A DNA stretch of 64,000 nt from a virus (IMGVR_UViG_3300027126_000001), one strand, 5' to 3'. Shown: positions 10,075 through 20,196, counted from the stretch's first letter. The notes: a model not told the origin generated them from the letters alone. Program-made: numbers and translations.

Positions 10075-11185
10075 TTCTAACTACTTTAAATACATTCTGA
10101 TTATCTACTACTGTGGTACTTCCGTCTAAAGTCGTTTTTATCAATATACGATAATATCTCTCAGGCTGCAAGCCATCCATGTATACATCGAAATACCCTC
10201 CTTGACTATCACAGCTTATCTTTGTAAATTTTGTATCAAAATCTATAATCATCTCTTCTGTATTTTCATCTCTTATTCCCCAATACGATCCCGAAGGTAA
10301 CGCATAGTTTGTTAGGTATATTGACGTAGTTGTGAAGGTTCTAATCGGATATTTGGGTTTAGCTGCTATTCTAAATCTCTGCTTACCTGTATTTACGTAC
10401 TTACCTGTATTATTAGTGATGTTAATAGTTGATATATTGTTTGAAAGAGTAGAGAGACTACCTGTACTGTACGAACTGTCATCCCACTTAAAATCTAAAT
10501 ATGGAGGATATATTGTGTTTGTATCTGCACTAAAATACTTCAACCTTATTGAAGAAGTCGTATTAAACTCTAGATTATTTGACAGTTTTAATATAACTCC
10601 GTTATTGGCAATCGTACCTGTTTTCCACAGTTTTACAGCTGGGGTTATGTTTATATCGATATCATATGTCGAGTTGATTGCATTTGATTGTGTGAATTCA
10701 AGACTTGTTGCTCCTGATCCTGTATACCATGTGCCTCCTCCTGGTTTTGTCGATATGTATGATGCAGTTACCCCTGTTGAATAGGTTGAGGTTGACCAAG
10801 GTGTCTCTAACCCTGTTTTTTGGTAGGTCCAAGAGACTCCTGATGTGTTTGTAGGAATATCCCCGTACTTTCCTGTACCGTTATCCCATCCCCCTACTGA
10901 ACTAGATACTGGGTATGCGTAGATTGTTGTGTCCACCGGTATTTGGTATGCATCTGCAAGATACAGCCCTAATGATGCACTGTAGTTATCATTCCCTATT
11001 TTATTGTTTACAATATCAGCTATTTCTGCAGAGCTAAACTGTACAAGTATTCGACTTGTTTCTCCTGTCCCTGTAATATCGTAATAACCTCCTAGCTCAA
11101 CTATCTCATCCAATCCTGCGTTAGATGTAGGAGTTTCACTAAAAATAAATGTATCTTTTTCGGGAAATATTCTGTATACTGCCAT
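10067..11185 (-). CDS. Baseplate-associated structural protein
   Basis: 372 aa, directly follows the baseplate-J-like gene (P2 gpI-like position). Confidence 0.35.
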   Translation of the reverse strand: MAVYRIFPEKDTFIFSETPTSNAGLDEIVELGGYYDITGTGETSRILVQFSSAEIADIVNNKIGNDNYSASLGLYLADAYQIPVDTTIYAYPVSSSVGGWDNGTGKYGDIPTNTSGVSWTYQKTGLETPWSTSTYSTGVTASYISTKPGGGTWYTGSGATSLEFTQSNAINSTYDIDINITPAVKLWKTGTIANNGVILKLSNNLEFNTTSSIRLKYFSADTNTIYPPYLDFKWDDSSYSTGSLSTLSNNISTINITNNTGKYVNTGKQRFRIAAKPKYPIRTFTTTSIYLTNYALPSGSYWGIRDENTEEMIIDFDTKFTKISCDSQGGYFDVYMDGLQPERYYRILIKTTLDGSTTVVDNQNVFKVVRNG

Positions 11186-11186
11186 G

Positions 11187-12986
11187 TTATAGTGTTGTTA
11201 TTCTTCCTTTAATATCTGTTGTTGGAAATTTTACCTCAAAAATCATAGGATCATATGAAGGGTATACCACATTGTTCCTAGTAGCTCCATTGATATCGTA
11301 TCCGTATTGTGAATAGTTTCCTCCTGTTAGGTTATTTACCTGTATCTTCTGTACTGTCTGTACCCCTGGTACCTGATCTAGTAATGTGTATACACTTGAT
11401 AGGTTTATTGGTTGATTTATATTCCATTTTTTAATACTGAAGTAGTCTTGAAGTAGAGTGTTACATTGTAGTAGTACGTCTCTACCTAAGAAGTTAGGTC
11501 GAACCACTACGTCATACTGCACCTCTATATTTACAATAAATGCATCCTTAATATTAATAGCATCTGTCAATATCATATACTCTGCTAAATACCTTTTCAG
11601 ATTATTCTTCAACGAAATTGGAGCTGTTGTAAGGTTGCTATTTAGATCGTATGCTAATGTATAAAGTGATAGTGATAGAGGATTACTATCTAATATACTA
11701 TCTGTACTTGAGTTTGGATTTGTTAACTGGTCCTGAGTTATATATACTTTGCTTACTGTTCCGTACTTTGCTGGTAGTGATAATGCTCTAACTGTATAAT
11801 CCTGTAAAGTTACTGCTCTTCCCTGTTCGTTAAACGCTCTTAAGGAGTTCTGTCTTAACTCTTCCACTGTATCTCCATCTCTTCCTCCTGTTGCTGCTTC
11901 GGGGTTATTAAATGTTAGCGAAGTTGTTGGATCAGCTATTGGGGTTAGTAAATTTGTAACAGTGTTTGCCGGTACATTTGAAGATACTCCTCCTCCTACC
12001 AAGTATTTGATTGTTAGAGTTGTATTTGAAGGAGCCAATCCATAAGTCTGTGTATGTAAGAAGTTAGAAGGATCGTATGCATAATCGATTCTAGAAATTC
12101 CTTGAGAAGTTCCTAATCCTACATTGGTTGGGTCCGGTGTCAATACACTATCATCTTGTCCTGTAATTCCTGCTCCAAACTGTATTTGCAGTTCTCCTGT
12201 TGAGTTAAATCTTGTTACAAATCTTCTAGGAACTTTTCGAAGTACCAAATTATACGGCACCAAACCGCTATCCGAGCTTGTGTTTTCGTCATCTACAAAT
12301 ATAGTATCTTGCCCTAAAAACGGTACTTCGTACCAGATATTACTAGCACTATCTGTAATTGATAAGATACCTACTACGTTTGTATCGTTAATATTTATTG
12401 TTTTAAATTTTTCTGCAGCTGTAATTTGCTGTGTGATTGTCTTTACTTCTCCTGAATATGCTTTTCTAGTTTTTGTTAGTCTGAACTGGTTTGGAGATGT
12501 TCCTGCTAAGGATTCTATTACTACTTCTGTCGGATCGTAGGAGCTTGAAAATGTAAAGTCTATAGGAGTATCTATATAGAATCTAGATTGACCTGATGTT
12601 GTTGAGCTTAGCTGTGTGCCTGCTGCTATTTGTAGGGCTTGTGACCAGTCTGGTTGACCTGTTACCGCACCTACAAGGTGTGATACTTCTATATCTACTT
12701 CAGAAACTGTTGTAACTTTAGGACGATATCCCATCATATACGCTAAGTTATAGAGATTTACAGGGTCCTTAGCATACTGTATATATGTTTCCTGTAATTG
12801 TAAATCTTGGTAGAAAGATAAAATATCTCCCACATAAGCTGCCATTTCTATAAACATCATACCTGGTGAGGTTGGTGTAAAGTCGTTGTATGTGTTTGGG
12901 AAATAATTCTTTGCGTACTCGATTAATTCAGATCTTAAATCTGTAAAATCTCTTCCTGTATATTTTATATCTCTATCTTGAGCCAT
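11187..12986 (-). CDS. Baseplate J-like (T4 gp6 / P2 gpJ family) protein
   Basis: 599 aa. N-terminus MAQDRDIKYTGRDFTDLRSELIEYAKNYFPNTYNDFTPTSPGMMFIEMAAYVGDILSFY is characteristic of the Baseplate_J family. Preceded by a gp25/W-like gene sharing nt 12986. Confidence 0.55.
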   Translation of the reverse strand: MAQDRDIKYTGRDFTDLRSELIEYAKNYFPNTYNDFTPTSPGMMFIEMAAYVGDILSFYQDLQLQETYIQYAKDPVNLYNLAYMMGYRPKVTTVSEVDIEVSHLVGAVTGQPDWSQALQIAAGTQLSSTTSGQSRFYIDTPIDFTFSSSYDPTEVVIESLAGTSPNQFRLTKTRKAYSGEVKTITQQITAAEKFKTININDTNVVGILSITDSASNIWYEVPFLGQDTIFVDDENTSSDSGLVPYNLVLRKVPRRFVTRFNSTGELQIQFGAGITGQDDSVLTPDPTNVGLGTSQGISRIDYAYDPSNFLHTQTYGLAPSNTTLTIKYLVGGGVSSNVPANTVTNLLTPIADPTTSLTFNNPEAATGGRDGDTVEELRQNSLRAFNEQGRAVTLQDYTVRALSLPAKYGTVSKVYITQDQLTNPNSSTDSILDSNPLSLSLYTLAYDLNSNLTTAPISLKNNLKRYLAEYMILTDAINIKDAFIVNIEVQYDVVVRPNFLGRDVLLQCNTLLQDYFSIKKWNINQPINLSSVYTLLDQVPGVQTVQKIQVNNLTGGNYSQYGYDINGATRNNVVYPSYDPMIFEVKFPTTDIKGRITTL

Positions 12987-13396
12987 TACTGTTCAAAGTT
13001 TATTAACAATTCGTCTTGTATATTTGTCATGTTTATGCTATAGTTTATATACAGTGTAAATGTACCTGTGTCCGGTGATGGTTGTGCTGTAATCTTATTT
13101 AATGTCACATTTGGAAACCATTTTGAAACACCTGCCCTTACAGCTTCCTTTACTCTTTCCGAGGTATCTTCTGTACTCTGTGCAAAAATGTATTGTCTAA
13201 GTCCTGCTCCCATTTCTGGATTAAGAAACCTCTCTCCTTCTTCTGTTAGGAAGAAATTTACTAGATTAGCTTTTATAGCTTCTCGAGTGGTGTAGGTTGT
13301 TGTGAACACCTGGTCTGATGTAAATGGAAGTCCCACTCCAACTCCAACACTTGGTTGTAAATCTAAAGGGTTTATTTGTTGAACTTGAAATGCCAT
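12986..13396 (-). CDS. gp25 / GPW-like baseplate wedge protein
   Basis: 136 aa, W-J gene order, overlapping stop/start at both ends (translational coupling). Confidence 0.45.
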   Translation of the reverse strand: MAFQVQQINPLDLQPSVGVGVGLPFTSDQVFTTTYTTREAIKANLVNFFLTEEGERFLNPEMGAGLRQYIFAQSTEDTSERVKEAVRAGVSKWFPNVTLNKITAQPSPDTGTFTLYINYSINMTNIQDELLINFEQ

Positions 13397-13788
13397 TATT
13401 CTCCGAATCTTGCTTTATCCTTCTCTACCGATGCTTTGTAAATTGCTCCTGCATTTTTTGCGAAACTCAAGGTGCTTAAATCTAATCCTGGTGCTGGTCT
13501 TGTTTGGAAACCTTCAATAGGATTCATCCCTAATCCAGGTGCTTGAACCATGTCTGAGGTTGCATTAACTAAATCTCTATAGGATTCTTGAGTCATAGAA
13601 GCTCTCGTTTCATTTAAGATATCCATAATCGGATCCCCTGTCCTTACAGTTTTTGCAACAGCAGGTCTATAATTGTCGTACCTGGTTATTTCTGCTACTA
13701 CCGGAGGTGTAGGAGAACTTCCCAACTCTTCCTGTAAAACTTCTCGTACTGCTTCCTTTATTAATTTTTTAAAAACATCTAACTTCAT
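13396..13788 (-). CDS. Hypothetical baseplate-module protein
   Basis: 130-aa ORF coupled to its neighbours. Confidence 0.35.
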   Translation of the reverse strand: MKLDVFKKLIKEAVREVLQEELGSSPTPPVVAEITRYDNYRPAVAKTVRTGDPIMDILNETRASMTQESYRDLVNATSDMVQAPGLGMNPIEGFQTRPAPGLDLSTLSFAKNAGAIYKASVEKDKARFGE

Positions 13789-13805
13789 ATTAATAAATAG
13801 TTATG

Positions 13806-14585
13806 TTATGGTAATTGATTATCTATTCTAAATTTTATCTCGTCTAGTAATACTTGTGTCGAGGAGCTAAATGATGGTTGCCCTCTTAGTACTACAATTC
13901 CTCTTCTATCTTTTGCAATAGCATACCTTCTCGGTGCTATTTGCGGTGAATTTGGGTCTTGAATAATTTCTAACTTGTAACCCTTATACTCGTAATCTGC
14001 ATCAGGAGTCCCTTCTGATCCAGTATTCTGTTTCGGTTGTGCTTGTGTTACTATTTTTGCTAGATCTGGGGATTGTTTACTACATTCCTGTATTGCTAAG
14101 TCTATTGCGTTCAGTCTATTTTTTAAACTTGCTAGTGTTGTTGCTACAGAATCTACTATACCCAATATCCCCCTTCTATCTGCTTCCAGTGTGTCCAGTA
14201 ATTTATTTAACCTAATTAAAGCATCACTATACTTTGTTAATATTTTTATTGGAATACCCAAACCTCCCGACATTGGCGGTATGATTGCGGTAGGAATTGG
14301 TATATTCGTAATAATCCTAATAATTGTCCTTACAGTACGTATAGTCGAATCAAGCCTCTTTGCTGTCGCTTTCAGTGAATTTATCCTTTTTTCAAAAGAG
14401 TTTATGACTTTAAGTAGGTTGTTTCTCTGCTTTATAATACTCTCTAAATCCTTTCCCGAAGGGCATTGGTTTGTAAATTTTGATAGTATTTCTAATACCC
14501 TGCCCTGTACTTGTGCTGATATTTTACCCTGTATAGCACCTACCTGTCTTGCTATTATTCCTGATATTTGCGGTACTATTGCCAT
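13806..14585 (-). CDS. Hypothetical alpha-helical structural protein
   Basis: 259-aa ORF. Confidence 0.35.
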   Translation of the reverse strand: MAIVPQISGIIARQVGAIQGKISAQVQGRVLEILSKFTNQCPSGKDLESIIKQRNNLLKVINSFEKRINSLKATAKRLDSTIRTVRTIIRIITNIPIPTAIIPPMSGGLGIPIKILTKYSDALIRLNKLLDTLEADRRGILGIVDSVATTLASLKNRLNAIDLAIQECSKQSPDLAKIVTQAQPKQNTGSEGTPDADYEYKGYKLEIIQDPNSPQIAPRRYAIAKDRRGIVVLRGQPSFSSSTQVLLDEIKFRIDNQLP

Positions 14586-15739
14586 TATTCTGTAAATACT
14601 TTTTTAGATTGAAATATCTTAAATTGAGCTTTTAGCGACTGTACTGTTGCTTTTAGTGCCGGCCCTGTTGCGTTTAACTGGGTTACTGGCCCTGCTCCAA
14701 CTGCAGAAGCTGTTGACATTGCATCTGCTACTGATGATAAGGTATCTAATAGTGCACCTAACCAATTCTCTAGCTGTTTACCTAAAACTACCGGTTGCTG
14801 TACACTTGGTGAAGCAGTCCTTGCTTTTTCTCCTAGTAGTATCTTTTTTGCATCTACACAGAAGTAATCTGTTGCGTCTAGGTTTAATGTCTTAGCATTC
14901 AATCCTACCGACTCTTTAGCTGATAGTAATATACTTTCCTCTTTTGCATTGAAGTACAGTCTTCCTCCATTAACTATTACTTGATTGCCTTTATATTGAT
15001 CTGCTGTTTTAGGTTCGGTATTATAAGATTTCCTTTTTGTATTAGCAGACGTTAACGGTACTTTATGGTCTGACATCATGTAAATTGAGTTTACATCTCT
15101 ATCTATATCTTCTACAATCGAATCTATACCATTTTTTGTCTTTATCTGACCGTTTCTTATTATTGTAAGGGGTTTTCCGTTATTCGATACTTCTGTCCAC
15201 GGATTCTTTTCAGTCTTATAACCTCCCATTCGGATAGACTGCCCTTGCCTGCCCTGTATTATCACATCTCCAGGAAACGGATAAAGAGGGTTAATATCTT
15301 TTAACTCTGGAATGTTCCTACCTATAGGGGATTGGAAGTCTACGCCTTGTGTTGGAAGTGCATTGTGATGTGTACTCCCCCATATATTCACTACACTTGA
15401 GTAGTAATTTAGAACTTCACTACTATTTTCCTGGAAGTCTGGTGTTGGACCAACTACTATTACTACGATTTCATTAACAAAAGGAAAATGCTTCACTGCA
15501 CTACTAAGTGGGTATGCATGTGGCAGTATTGCTTCCTTATCTACAGGTGTATTGATGTCCTGGTAGATTATTGAACCGATTGGTAGTTTATTCCCTTGAG
15601 CATCGTATAGTGTAGTAGTTTCGTCTAGTACTATATTTACAACTCTACCAAATACCGGTGTAGGTTGAGAATTACCTCCTCCACCTACTCCTCTTCCGGC
15701 ACTACTTATTGTATTCCCAAGAAAATAATTACCTGCCAT
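14585..15739 (-). CDS. Baseplate hub / central spike-like protein (tentative)
   Basis: 384 aa. N-terminal Gly-rich stretch then GRVVNIVLDETTTLYDAQGNKLPIGSIIY, which resembles the gp5 / VgrG OB-fold start. Position upstream of the W/J-like genes. Confidence 0.3.
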   Translation of the reverse strand: MAGNYFLGNTISSAGRGVGGGGNSQPTPVFGRVVNIVLDETTTLYDAQGNKLPIGSIIYQDINTPVDKEAILPHAYPLSSAVKHFPFVNEIVVIVVGPTPDFQENSSEVLNYYSSVVNIWGSTHHNALPTQGVDFQSPIGRNIPELKDINPLYPFPGDVIIQGRQGQSIRMGGYKTEKNPWTEVSNNGKPLTIIRNGQIKTKNGIDSIVEDIDRDVNSIYMMSDHKVPLTSANTKRKSYNTEPKTADQYKGNQVIVNGGRLYFNAKEESILLSAKESVGLNAKTLNLDATDYFCVDAKKILLGEKARTASPSVQQPVVLGKQLENWLGALLDTLSSVADAMSTASAVGAGPVTQLNATGPALKATVQSLKAQFKIFQSKKVFTE

Positions 15740-16086
15740 TACTCTTCTTCTTTTTTAATATCTTTCCCGATTTCCTGACTTTGTTCCATTAGTTTAGCAA
15801 GCTCTTCTGGGTCAAAGAAATCTGCTTCAGATCCTTTTCCTCCAGATTCTAACCTCTGTACTAAAGCTACCATCTTAATAAGGTGTTCATCATTCTTTAC
15901 TCCAACTTCTAAGTACTCTTTTATCATAGGAACAACTAAAGTTGCGTCTCCTATGTTTTCTACAAGAGGCTTTAACTCTCCAATAAGAGCATTAATCTGT
16001 TTTTCCTTATTTTTTGAATTATCGTAAATTTCTTTTAGAACATCAGAGACGGTCTTTTTCCCGAATATTGTAGTATCTAATCCCAT
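15739..16086 (-). CDS. Small acidic hypothetical protein
   Basis: 115-aa ORF. Confidence 0.35.
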   Translation of the reverse strand: MGLDTTIFGKKTVSDVLKEIYDNSKNKEKQINALIGELKPLVENIGDATLVVPMIKEYLEVGVKNDEHLIKMVALVQRLESGGKGSEADFFDPEELAKLMEQSQEIGKDIKKEEE

Positions 16087-16119
16087 GCTGTATTTATTTT
16101 ATAAATATCTTCGAATACA

Positions 16120-16842
16120 TTATTGAATTTCATACCCTGCTTCCTGATATACCTTATATGTCTTATAAAATTTTTCTTTAAGTCTGGAGATTACTCTAGT
16201 AAGAGTGGGTGTTTCGCAGTCTGTCATCTCCCGTATGTAAATGTATAAAGCTTTCTTCTTAAAAATATCTAAATCATGTCTAGTTTTAAATAACGTTAAA
16301 ATTGCATCAGCGACAACCTGTTCTGATTGTTTTTGAAAATCCTCCTCTAAAGTGTTGTAACAATTCTCAACAAACATATCTACTACTTTAGCTAGTTTTA
16401 TTTCCCTAGAGTATTCCTCAATATCACCTGTTTCGTACGAATCTTCCATTTCTTCAAAAGATCCTACTTGTTTCAACTTCTTGTAGTTCTTATTACTGTA
16501 ATTAATAAGCCACCTCTTCACTATTGTTTGAAAATAGGAAAACGCCTTAGCCCCGTTACTGGGGTCAAATCTGTGTAGTTTTTCCTCTACAAGCATACTT
16601 ACTATATCTAACTTTAAATCCTCAATGCTATCTACATCTAGGTAGTAGAACTTAAAAGTATGTATAATGTTTTCTGCTAATTTGTAGAGTGGTAAATAAA
16701 TCTCTTTTTTAAATACCTCATCCCTGTACATAGGGTCAGAGGATGCATTGTATCTTACTATTGCATCCTCTGTTCCTTGTGTAAAGTAGTAATTGTCTTT
16801 ATTCTGTGGTTTTGCCATAATCATCTGGTAGACGGTAGGCAT
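16120..16842 (-). CDS. Sigma-70-family RNA polymerase sigma factor (phage-encoded, probably the late-gene sigma)
   Basis: 240 aa. HRFDPSNGAKAFSYFQTIVKRWLINY matches sigma-70 region 2.2-2.3 (KFDPxxGxKFSTYAxxWIRxxI). The C-terminus ETPTLTRVISRLKEKF resembles a region-4 helix-turn-helix. Confidence 0.55.
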   Translation of the reverse strand: MPTVYQMIMAKPQNKDNYYFTQGTEDAIVRYNASSDPMYRDEVFKKEIYLPLYKLAENIIHTFKFYYLDVDSIEDLKLDIVSMLVEEKLHRFDPSNGAKAFSYFQTIVKRWLINYSNKNYKKLKQVGSFEEMEDSYETGDIEEYSREIKLAKVVDMFVENCYNTLEEDFQKQSEQVVADAILTLFKTRHDLDIFKKKALYIYIREMTDCETPTLTRVISRLKEKFYKTYKVYQEAGYEIQ

Positions 16843-17092
16843 TTATAGTATCTTGTATTTCTTTCATAAAGTTAAAGAAAACTCCGACTTCATCGTCAGA
16901 CCTAAAAGTGCCTTTCTCATCTAATTGTTCAACATAAATTTTTGATTCACTAATAAGATACGCAACCTTTCTTAAATAACCTACTTGGTACTCTATAATA
17001 TCTTCTTGCTTTGTCACCTTACGGTGTAAGTTCCAAGTAGTATATCCGAATACTAAAACCAATATTACTAAAATAACTGTTAATATTATCAT
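16799..17092 (-). CDS. Small membrane protein (N-terminal TM helix)
   Basis: 97 aa beginning MIILTVILVILVLVFGY. Confidence 0.35.
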   Translation of the reverse strand: MIILTVILVILVLVFGYTTWNLHRKVTKQEDIIEYQVGYLRKVAYLISESKIYVEQLDEKGTFRSDDEVGVFFNFMKEIQDTINAYRLPDDYGKTTE

Positions 17093-17093
17093 A

Positions 17094-17831
17094 TTAAATT
17101 TCTTTTACTAATCCCATTAATCCCTGAGATCCGTTTACTTTCTTACCTGTTGAAGAGGTTGTTTTCTGCACCTTAGGTGTGGAAATTCCTCCTGAAGATT
17201 TCCATGTATCGTATTCTACTTTAGAAGCTAGAAAGTCTGCTTGATGTAAAATATATACTAGATTTGTTCTGAATTTAGAATCTGGATTAAAGGATAGGTA
17301 GTAGGGTTTATTTACATCGTCATATAATCCATCATGTAACTTTATAGCTAAATACTCTTTCTCATTCATAGCTATTCCATTTTGTTGAAGTATGAAAAGA
17401 GAACGGTCTTGAATAAGCATAAAAGACAAGTCTTTATTATGAACATACTCCTCACCTAACTTATCCTTCCTCCAGACATCTGTTTGAGGGAGGTAATTAG
17501 GCTGTCCTCTAAACCCTATTTTTCCTAAATCATGATTAAGAGCTGCAAATACTAATTCCTCATCTGTAAAATCAATAGTAGCTCCCATAGCCTCCCATAA
17601 CTCTTTTGACTTAAAAGCACAATGAACAACACGGTTTACGTGGTCAATATACCCTCCGGGAAAAGCATTATGAAAGGAAGGTTTACCGGAAGCAGGAGCA
17701 AGTATCATTTCCTCCGCCAAAGACTCATAAAGAGATTTTAACTTCTCTTTACGATCTCCGGTGATAAAAGTATCTAATATTCTTAGATGCTTATCCCAAT
17801 TACTTTGTATCTGTTCTGCCGAAAGATTCAT
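17094..17831 (-). CDS. HD-domain phosphohydrolase
   Basis: 245 aa. H...HD motif (AALNHDLGKIGF) and a downstream LHDGLYDD. Confidence 0.55.
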   Translation of the reverse strand: MNLSAEQIQSNWDKHLRILDTFITGDRKEKLKSLYESLAEEMILAPASGKPSFHNAFPGGYIDHVNRVVHCAFKSKELWEAMGATIDFTDEELVFAALNHDLGKIGFRGQPNYLPQTDVWRKDKLGEEYVHNKDLSFMLIQDRSLFILQQNGIAMNEKEYLAIKLHDGLYDDVNKPYYLSFNPDSKFRTNLVYILHQADFLASKVEYDTWKSSGGISTPKVQKTTSSTGKKVNGSQGLMGLVKEI

Positions 17832-18004
17832 TAGTCTTGGTGCTCTGTGTTTAGTAATGTTTGAATATCACTTACCATTCCTAAAAGCTCCTCTACTTTT
17901 GTATAAGCGATAGCTTGTTCGTTCCTATGGATATGATATCCCATTTTTTTAATCTCTGCTTCTAATCGTTCCAACTTTTGTTGAAATAAGTCTTTATTTC
18001 TCAT
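17831..18004 (-). CDS. Small hypothetical protein (57 aa), not in the ORF track
   Basis: ATG at 18004-18002. Translates to MRNKDLFQQKLERLEAEIKKMGYHIHRNEQAIAYTKVEELLGMVSDIQTLLNTEHQD. Its stop overlaps the HD gene start as TAATG. A degenerate cassette lies upstream. Confidence 0.35.
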   Translation of the reverse strand: MRNKDLFQQKLERLEAEIKKMGYHIHRNEQAIAYTKVEELLGMVSDIQTLLNTEHQD

Positions 18005-18100
18005 CTTTTCTTTTTTTATTAATATTAGTTATTTTTATTTATTATACTATTAATTACCTAATAATGGCTAAGTTATGAACTTTTTTTTTAAGAAGCAACT

Positions 18101-18754
18101 TTACTGCTCAAACACTACTTTTAACTCTTTAACTACTGTCTGCTTATTCTCTCCGAAAGTGACATTAATGTATATAGTTGCTGACTCCCCTATAAAATCT
18201 TCAAAAAACGCCATTGATTGCTGAGGGGTGTAGGTGTATCTGGAATTAGTGCAGAAGTACGACTGTACTACCGACTGATTGGCATAGTAATCTGTATGGG
18301 GTTGAATTGTGTAACCTACTAAATTCATTATGGTAGTCTGTCCTGAAAGTTGCGGAAATGTGTAGGTTTGTGTACCTACTGCGATAGGTGTATCCATTTG
18401 ATTACTTGACCACAACCCTTGGTAGGAATATACAGGGTATGTCCAGGTTACATTTCCCGGCAAGTAGAAGAAATTAGAATCAAAAGATGTAATAACTAAC
18501 GGGACATTGTTAATTACATACCGAGAATCTAAAGGAGATAATTGCCCTTTCACTGTAAAATAGTTTAATCCAGCATGTTTTATATGCCAAACCCCTTGCC
18601 CATCTTGGTAAGTTCCAGGATGCCCTTGAGTATCTACCCAGAAAGTGCCGTAACAATCCCCGGATAAGCACACACTAGGCTCTATTTCAGGAGTGGAACA
18701 ACTAAGTACGAATAAAGAAAGTAATAAAAGGAATAAAGTTTTTAACTGTTTCAT
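18101..18754 (-). CDS. Secreted lipoprotein (start taken at the internal Met)
   Basis: MKQLKTLFLLLLSLFVLSCSTPE is a signal peptide with a lipobox (LSC). The longer ORF to 18808 is probably an over-extension. A degenerate cassette lies at 18775-18820. Confidence 0.5.
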   Translation of the reverse strand: MKQLKTLFLLLLSLFVLSCSTPEIEPSVCLSGDCYGTFWVDTQGHPGTYQDGQGVWHIKHAGLNYFTVKGQLSPLDSRYVINNVPLVITSFDSNFFYLPGNVTWTYPVYSYQGLWSSNQMDTPIAVGTQTYTFPQLSGQTTIMNLVGYTIQPHTDYYANQSVVQSYFCTNSRYTYTPQQSMAFFEDFIGESATIYINVTFGENKQTVVKELKVVFEQ

Positions 18755-18881
18755 AACATTTTTATTTTGATTGTACCTAAATATATGAAGAAAGACGGAG
18801 AGGAGCAACTATTTTATAAGTTATTTTCAAAGAATCGCCGCGCAATTATTTTATATATCCTACCCGGATACCTATTAAGTT

Positions 18882-19586
18882 TTAGTAAATTACGCATTCC
18901 CCAACGGTAAACAATGCACCTACCTCTCGAATCTTATCAAAAGCCTCAAAAGGAGTAACCTTAAAAAATTCTCTTTTACCTCCTCTATCGGAAGAAACCC
19001 TTACAGAACTAAAATGCTTGTGAACGGCCTTCTCCACTTTTAAAGCCGAACCTTTTTTCAAAGGAAGAGCAAATTTTGGAACCCACTCTTCAACCGTAGC
19101 TGTAGCGTTTATTGCCGTGACTCTCCTAGGAACGTCATGAATGGTCATTCCTATCTTAACGAGTGAAGTATACCCGGGATTAACCAGAACGTAAACATAC
19201 TCTATATCATCGGTAGATTTCTCTTTTATCTTAGAATTCTCTATACCGTGGAAATACCTCCAGGAATATGTATTGGTATCTTGATCTACCTGTCCTTCGG
19301 ATACCTCTATAAGGTATCTTGCCGAAAGAAAATCAAGGAGTTTACCTGGGGATATATGTCTGTGTTTGGATTGAAGGGTAGTAAATGCTTCTTTCCATTT
19401 TTTTCCTACCTTGGGGTAGGCTAGAACAGACTCTGGTGAAGAATCAACAATTGTAATCTCTCCTACTAATTCAAGAGACATGGCCTCTGCCATACTTATT
19501 TTATCTCTAAACATAATTGTTTTGAATTTTAGTTGAAAAAATCCCTTACTACTAAGTTGATAACACTCCCTGCAATTATAGGCCAT
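18882..19586 (-). CDS. T5orf172 / GIY-YIG-superfamily domain protein
   Basis: 234 aa. YVYVLVNPGYTSLVKIGMT...RRV matches the T5orf172 (Mug113-like) domain consensus. Confidence 0.45.
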   Translation of the reverse strand: MAYNCRECYQLSSKGFFQLKFKTIMFRDKISMAEAMSLELVGEITIVDSSPESVLAYPKVGKKWKEAFTTLQSKHRHISPGKLLDFLSARYLIEVSEGQVDQDTNTYSWRYFHGIENSKIKEKSTDDIEYVYVLVNPGYTSLVKIGMTIHDVPRRVTAINATATVEEWVPKFALPLKKGSALKVEKAVHKHFSSVRVSSDRGGKREFFKVTPFEAFDKIREVGALFTVGECVIY

Positions 19587-19726
19587 ACGACAATTGTTAC
19601 TAGTATTTCGCCAAAAGTCATTGTAGTACTAGAACGAGTAGCCCATATAATGGCATCCCCTATTGCTGCACAAATAAATCCTACAATAAAGTAATCTAAT
19701 AAGATATCTAAAATTAAACTTTCCAT
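19529..19726 (-). CDS. Small two-TM membrane protein
   Basis: 65-aa hydrophobic ORF. Confidence 0.3.
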   Translation of the reverse strand: MESLILDILLDYFIVGFICAAIGDAIIWATRSSTTMTFGEILVTIVVWPIIAGSVINLVVRDFFN

Positions 19727-19770
19727 AACCTTTTTGTTTTTAAATTATACATAAAGATAAGTGTTTATTC

Positions 19771-20196
19771 TCACTCTACCAACTGATTTAGTGAAAAAAG
19801 TTGTTGAAATTTAGATAAAATAATACATTTTTCATAATACTCTTCTTCTATAAATAGATCAAGTATTTCCTGTAGGGCGTAGTTAATGGATTGTAATCCA
19901 AATTCATCCTGTAGTGATCCAATAGTAACTTCCGGTATCTCTTCAATTCTCTCAAGGTATCTCATAAGTCCTATAAAGTACTTTAGTTTAATAGAATCCC
20001 TTACGCAGTCATATTGCTGGCCGTATCTTTTTTCATATAACTGATCTATTATGTAATAATTCTCCACCCCCTTCACCACCGTCCCAAATAAAACAAAAGT
20101 GTTATCCAACACATTCTCGGATTGGTGTTCTCTATACACTTCTTCATCTCCTATCTGGAATATGTTGAAGAGTTGATTTGTATCTAATTTTTTCAT
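19771..20196 (-). CDS. Hypothetical protein
   Basis: 141-aa ORF. Confidence 0.4.
   Translation of the reverse strand: MKKLDTNQLFNIFQIGDEEVYREHQSENVLDNTFVLFGTVVKGVENYYIIDQLYEKRYGQQYDCVRDSIKLKYFIGLMRYLERIEEIPEVTIGSLQDEFGLQSINYALQEILDLFIEEEYYEKCIILSKFQQLFSLNQLVE

Noticed and set aside
18755-18808. N-terminal extensions of ORF-track models (18808, 41927, 45611, 53431, 55356, 61110)
   Set aside because: In each case an internal Met starts a recognisable N-terminus (a lipoprotein signal peptide, GxxGxxG Rossmann motifs, the GT11 start, MDQILS or MNPREV) and restores stop/start spacing or an upstream cassette. The longer forms would overlap the upstream gene or the cassette.
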